This document shows positions 34,381 to 37,797 of a stretch of DNA of 37,797 nt, in pieces. The DNA lies in assembly GCA_964464795.1 (NCBI GenBank), contig CAYXHB010000002.1, forward strand, positions 1 through 37,797, read 5' to 3'. The notes under the pieces are model-generated. The model was not told where the DNA came from, did not search any database, and saw nothing but the letters and a program-made list of their open reading frames with translations. Source of the DNA: an uncultured Gammaproteobacteria bacterium (lineage in GTDB: Bacteria > Patescibacteriota > Microgenomatia > CAYXHB01). The stretch's first letter is position 1. Every line of letters begins with the position of its first letter. A program made the translations under genes and the position numbers.

Positions 34381-35337
34381 TTAAATAATGAGTTTGCCAG
34401 CAAGATATTGTCGCCAGACTTCATAAAGCTCGGCGGTAGCGGTGACATCGCGGGCCACGTATTGGACGATGTCTTCTAGTTTGCCTTGGCGGTAGAGCTT
34501 GGAGACTTCCATGCCGGAGACGCCGAGGGCTTTGGGATTGGTGATGCCCAGAGCCTTGCAGATAACCTCCAATTTGAAAGGCCGGTTGTTGAGGCGGAAG
34601 CGATAGGCTAAATCGACAAACTTGTCAGCTGGCCCATGGAGTTCGAAAGGGACTTTGATTCGATGAACTGCACTGCGGAAAGCCAGGAAGGGGAAGTCAA
34701 ATCCAGTGCCGTTGTAGGTAACGAAACGCTGGTATTGGCTTGAGAGACTCCAGAATTCCTCAAGCATAGCTGCTTCGGAAGGGAAAGCTTGGGAGGTGAA
34801 ATTCTCTATGGTGAAAGCAGAATCCTGGTTGTCGGATAAGTAAAGGACTTTGCCATGGGTGGACTGGGGATTGTAGAGGCCGATGGTGAGGACTGAGCCA
34901 AACATAGGGTAGAGTCCGGTGCGGCCGACTAACTGGCGACGAGTACTGCGGAAGTCTTTTTCAAGATTATTGAGAAAATAGTCTTTGTCTGATTTGTCCA
35001 AGGCAGAAAGCGGTTGGCCGACTGTCTCGATGTCAAAAACCATGGTAGGGACAGGGACGAGATAGTTATCTGGGTCTTCGTCTGAAATAAGCAGGGCTGA
35101 CTTGATGTTGAGGACTTTTTCTTGTTGATAAGTGTCGATTACGCCTGAGATTTGAAATACCTTGGCTGGAACGAGGGAGACTGAACTAGTAAACTCTGGC
35201 CAAACTCGACCCGTGATTTGGCCTTGCGGGCTGGAGAGTTCGACGAAGAGGTAGATTTCTCCGGCGGCGGTTTTCTTGGGTAACGAGGAAATGACGGCGA
35301 AACTTTGGTTAACAGGTCCGAGTTCGTATTGGGACAT
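34381..35337 (-). CDS. OB-fold plus RNase H-like 3'-5' exonuclease (PolB-exonuclease-like DEDDy)
   Basis: The ORF is 318 aa. It has Exo I (MVFDIETVG), Exo II (FVTYNGTGFDFPFL) and Exo III (YVARD, a Y-x3-D motif). The N-terminal ~90 aa look like an OB-fold (IYLFVELSSPQGQITGRVWPE..VFQISGVIDTY). Confidence 0.7.
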   Translation of the reverse strand: MSQYELGPVNQSFAVISSLPKKTAAGEIYLFVELSSPQGQITGRVWPEFTSSVSLVPAKVFQISGVIDTYQQEKVLNIKSALLISDEDPDNYLVPVPTMVFDIETVGQPLSALDKSDKDYFLNNLEKDFRSTRRQLVGRTGLYPMFGSVLTIGLYNPQSTHGKVLYLSDNQDSAFTIENFTSQAFPSEAAMLEEFWSLSSQYQRFVTYNGTGFDFPFLAFRSAVHRIKVPFELHGPADKFVDLAYRFRLNNRPFKLEVICKALGITNPKALGVSGMEVSKLYRQGKLEDIVQYVARDVTATAELYEVWRQYLAGKLII

Positions 35338-35379
35338 ATAAGGGTATTTTACATGATACAGATTTCTAGTCGTGCAGGC

Positions 35380-35408
35380 TTTACAAAACGAGTATTATAG
35401 GATATAAT
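35380..35408 (+). promoter_or_regulatory. Near-consensus sigma70-type promoter (TTTACA-17 nt-TATAAT)
   Basis: TTTACA lies at 35380-35385 and TATAAT at 35403-35408. The ORF's ATG at 35419 is only 10 nt past the -10 element, which implies a leaderless or near-leaderless mRNA. Confidence 0.5.
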
Positions 35409-35418
35409 ATGCGGGCTT

Positions 35419-36954
35419 ATGTTATTCCTAGTTAATGGACGGGAAATATTATTTAAGTGGACCCATATTTTGACTGCCCTGATTTTGGGGTTGTTTGTAT
35501 ATATAGTGGGCACTGACTTGCAGTACAACACGGCCTTCGTTGATGAAGCTATTTATGCCAACGTTGGGGAAGAGTTTATGCGTAATGCTTCTTGGGATGC
35601 TCCCTTGAGCTGGATGGGAGGGTCATATGTGTACCCGTTTTTGAGCGCGAATATAAATAGACTCTGGGGATTATGGGGTATTCGACTAGCTTCGTTAGCC
35701 ATGGTGCTCGGGTCTGCGTGGTGTGTCGGGATACTAGGGAAAAAGGTTGCCGACGGGTGGGGGAGACCGCTGGCTATGGGTCTATTTTTGTTTTCGGCCC
35801 CAACCTTGGGAGTGGCCCAACTGGCAACTTATGATGCGCCAAGTATGTTGGCGTTTGCTCTAGGCAGCTTGGCACTATTCGCGAGCATCGATGAGCAGGG
35901 GTGGAAAAAATATTTGGGAATCCTGGTCTCGGGACTGCTGGTGGGCGGGTCGATTTTGATTAAATATGTAACAGTGCTAGTAACTGCACCCTTGGCACTA
36001 TTACATCTTAGCGCCAAACGACAGTGGTTATTGGGTGGATTCTTCTGGGGATGGATTATCTTGGCGATGGTAGCGCCATATGTTTATCTTAATTATGAGG
36101 ACCTCTACTCTTATGCTACAGGCGGTCATTCAATTGAAAACACTTCACGATTGAATATCTTGTCTCAGTTAGTCCAACAGATTCCCACACTAGTATTTGG
36201 GGCAATTATGGCTTGTGCAATGCTATGGAAATCAGAAACTAGAATGAAAAAGAATCGAATGTTAATTCTGTTTCTAATTGGACTAGCACCGATTGCTTAT
36301 CATTTGGGGTCAGGAAACATCCGTTCGTTTAACAAACATTTATCATTAGCAGGGGTGATGTGGGCACCTTTGACGGCCTGGGCCACGCTGACGTTGTTAA
36401 AGCTATTTAGGAAATATCAACAGGTTCACGGGGCGGTTGCCAATAGCATGCAGTTGATCACCTCAGTGGTACTCATCGCAATATTCACCAGTCTATGGAC
36501 AGCCTTTAGTTTGCACTGGCAATTTGAGCGTTCTTGGCCGTCAGCTAACAAGACCGTGGAATATCTGGATAATCATTTGGTAACAGGTGACAAAGTATTT
36601 GCCGAAGGTGCGGCAACTTACAAGTATCATTTGTTCCGTGGGTTTGGTGACTATAGTGCTTGGCCAAGTACCTGGTATTATGAGAAAGACGGGAAACTGG
36701 GAGCTGAGGCGATGAAAGAAGCGATTGCAGAGCGCGAGTTTCGATATATTGTCTTGAATAACTATTTCACTAACGCGACTAATCAGGAAATTTTGCCAGT
36801 GGTGAGAGAGCACTATGAGACTGTGGCGCAAGAAGAATACTTGCTCTCAGGTGTGCATGAAACTACTACTACAGTTTGGGAAAGGAAACCTCAAGTTAGG
36901 TTTGGATTCTTGGATTTGTTAGTTAAAGCGGAGAGTGACTCCAGCACAATTTAG
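35419..36954 (+). CDS. GT-C-type (ArnT/PMT-like) membrane glycosyltransferase
   Basis: The 511-aa ORF has about 11 TM helices and then a ~130-aa soluble C-terminus. The first loop carries the DE-x-x-Y motif typical of PMT/ArnT-type enzymes (AFVDEAIYANVGEEF). Confidence 0.65.
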   Translation: MLFLVNGREILFKWTHILTALILGLFVYIVGTDLQYNTAFVDEAIYANVGEEFMRNASWDAPLSWMGGSYVYPFLSANINRLWGLWGIRLASLAMVLGSAWCVGILGKKVADGWGRPLAMGLFLFSAPTLGVAQLATYDAPSMLAFALGSLALFASIDEQGWKKYLGILVSGLLVGGSILIKYVTVLVTAPLALLHLSAKRQWLLGGFFWGWIILAMVAPYVYLNYEDLYSYATGGHSIENTSRLNILSQLVQQIPTLVFGAIMACAMLWKSETRMKKNRMLILFLIGLAPIAYHLGSGNIRSFNKHLSLAGVMWAPLTAWATLTLLKLFRKYQQVHGAVANSMQLITSVVLIAIFTSLWTAFSLHWQFERSWPSANKTVEYLDNHLVTGDKVFAEGAATYKYHLFRGFGDYSAWPSTWYYEKDGKLGAEAMKEAIAEREFRYIVLNNYFTNATNQEILPVVREHYETVAQEEYLLSGVHETTTTVWERKPQVRFGFLDLLVKAESDSSTI

Positions 36955-36960
36955 AAAAGT

Positions 36961-37797
36961 ATGTTAATTCAAGCTCATATATATATTCAACCAAAGAACT
37001 GGCAGAGGATACCTGGGGCGTTGTTCCTAATCTCAGGCGCGGTTTACTTGAGTTGGTTAATAGGTAACTTGAACATGGACGCGCCTGTAGTTGGGGTTTC
37101 GTTCTGGACAATGCAATTTTTGACCTATCTGATTGTGAGCTTGTCAGTAGTGAATAACTGGAAAAGCAGCTACCGAACCGAGAAGTTAACCCTGACCAGG
37201 ACTCCAGACGTGGCAGCGATTGTGCCTACATATGGTGAAGGTGTGGAGATTATTGCTCCTACAGTAAGGTCGTTGTTGAATTCTGATTACACTGGCCGGG
37301 TCGTGGTAGTGCTCTCCAATGATGAATTGGGAGAGGAAAAAGTCTCTCAATTGGAGCAACTGAAAGCAGAAATTGAGCAAGAACTTATAAGCGGGAACTA
37401 TGCTGGAGAGCGAGTCTTTTACCTACGCAACTCAACCCCTCATAATCAGGCAAAAGCAGGAAACTTGAATCAGGCAATGGTGTTCTTGCGTGAAAGGCAT
37501 CCTGAGATTGAGTTGTTGGTTACCGAAGATGCTGATGAGGTAGTTTATCCTGAGTTTATTAGGACTGTGGTGGGGTATTTCGAGAATCCTAAAGTAGCTT
37601 ATGTACAGACGATTAAACAATCTTTGACTCACCCTGACGACCCGTTTGGAAATCAAGATTTGATGTTCTACTGCCGGACAGCCGCCTCGAGAGATGCTGA
37701 TAATGCAATGTTTGCTTGTGGTTCAGGTGTGATGTGGAGGATTAAAGCCTTGGAAGAGGTAGGCGGATTTGATACCTGGAACCTGGTGGAGGATTTG
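36961..37797 (+). CDS. Cellulose-synthase-like GT2 processive glycosyltransferase (partial; the 3' end lies outside the window)
   Basis: This ORF is not in the supplied track because it has no stop. My own translation from ATG 36961 runs open for 279 codons to the window end: two TM helices, then VAAIVPTYGEG, NQAKAGNLNQAM, TEDADEVVYPEF and ACGSGVMWRIKALEEVGGFDTWNLVEDL. These match the BcsA/CesA-type D, D, D and (T)ED motifs. Confidence 0.8.
   Translation, partial: MLIQAHIYIQPKNWQRIPGALFLISGAVYLSWLIGNLNMDAPVVGVSFWTMQFLTYLIVSLSVVNNWKSSYRTEKLTLTRTPDVAAIVPTYGEGVEIIAPTVRSLLNSDYTGRVVVVLSNDELGEEKVSQLEQLKAEIEQELISGNYAGERVFYLRNSTPHNQAKAGNLNQAMVFLRERHPEIELLVTEDADEVVYPEFIRTVVGYFENPKVAYVQTIKQSLTHPDDPFGNQDLMFYCRTAASRDADNAMFACGSGVMWRIKALEEVGGFDTWNLVEDL

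Noticed and set aside
1-37797. Alternative genetic code (UGA recoding, as in some CPR lineages).
   Set aside because: Long ORFs with intact family motifs are obtained with the standard code. Several of them terminate at TGA, for example at 7618-7620 and 30095-30097.
1-37797. Mobile element, prophage or defence-island content, and tRNA/rRNA genes.
   Set aside because: I recognised no integrase, transposase, recombinase, phage structural, restriction-modification, Cas or toxin-antitoxin motifs. I also saw no tRNA T-loop/acceptor pattern or rRNA-like stretch.

Overview
The 37.8-kb window is densely coding, moderately AT-rich by eye, and uses the standard genetic code: long intact ORFs end in TAA, TAG and TGA. 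I found no rRNA, tRNA, CRISPR array, transposase or integrase. The gene content fits a small-genome, Patescibacteria/CPR-like bacterium, but that placement is an inference: shortened glycolytic enzymes, many membrane-anchored surface proteins, several GT-C/DUF2723 glycosyltransferases, and GTCAT-type hairpin repeats in intergenic gaps. Blocks in order: (1) a DUF4349 membrane protein. (2) A minus-strand copper operon, csoR-copZ-DUF305-copA, with a palindromic CsoR-type operator over its promoter, preceded by a DsbD_2-like permease fused to a cupredoxin-like domain. (3) A HIT protein and an S9-type alpha/beta hydrolase. (4) pgk-gap-hypothetical-glgA. (5) A co-oriented surface cluster at 12.4-21.4 kb: an Ig-like anchored protein, a dockerin-repeat protein, a bitopic protein with a long charged cytoplasmic arm, two cohesin-like anchored proteins, a lipoprotein and a GT-C glycosyltransferase. 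(6) A convergent minus-strand string: conserved hypothetical, glgB, then two translationally coupled DUF2723/TMEM260-like proteins with TPR tails. (7) A GH13 hydrolase, then a GT4-GH57-repeat-protein operon. (8) A DHH/DHHA1 phosphoesterase and an OB-fold/PolB-like exonuclease. (9) Another GT-C protein plus a partial cellulose-synthase-like GT2 gene that runs off the window and is absent from the ORF track. The best candidate for an undescribed system is the cohesin-dockerin surface cluster together with the adjacent GT-C/DUF2723 putative protein O-glycosylation genes. All family calls rest on motifs read by eye, with no database search.
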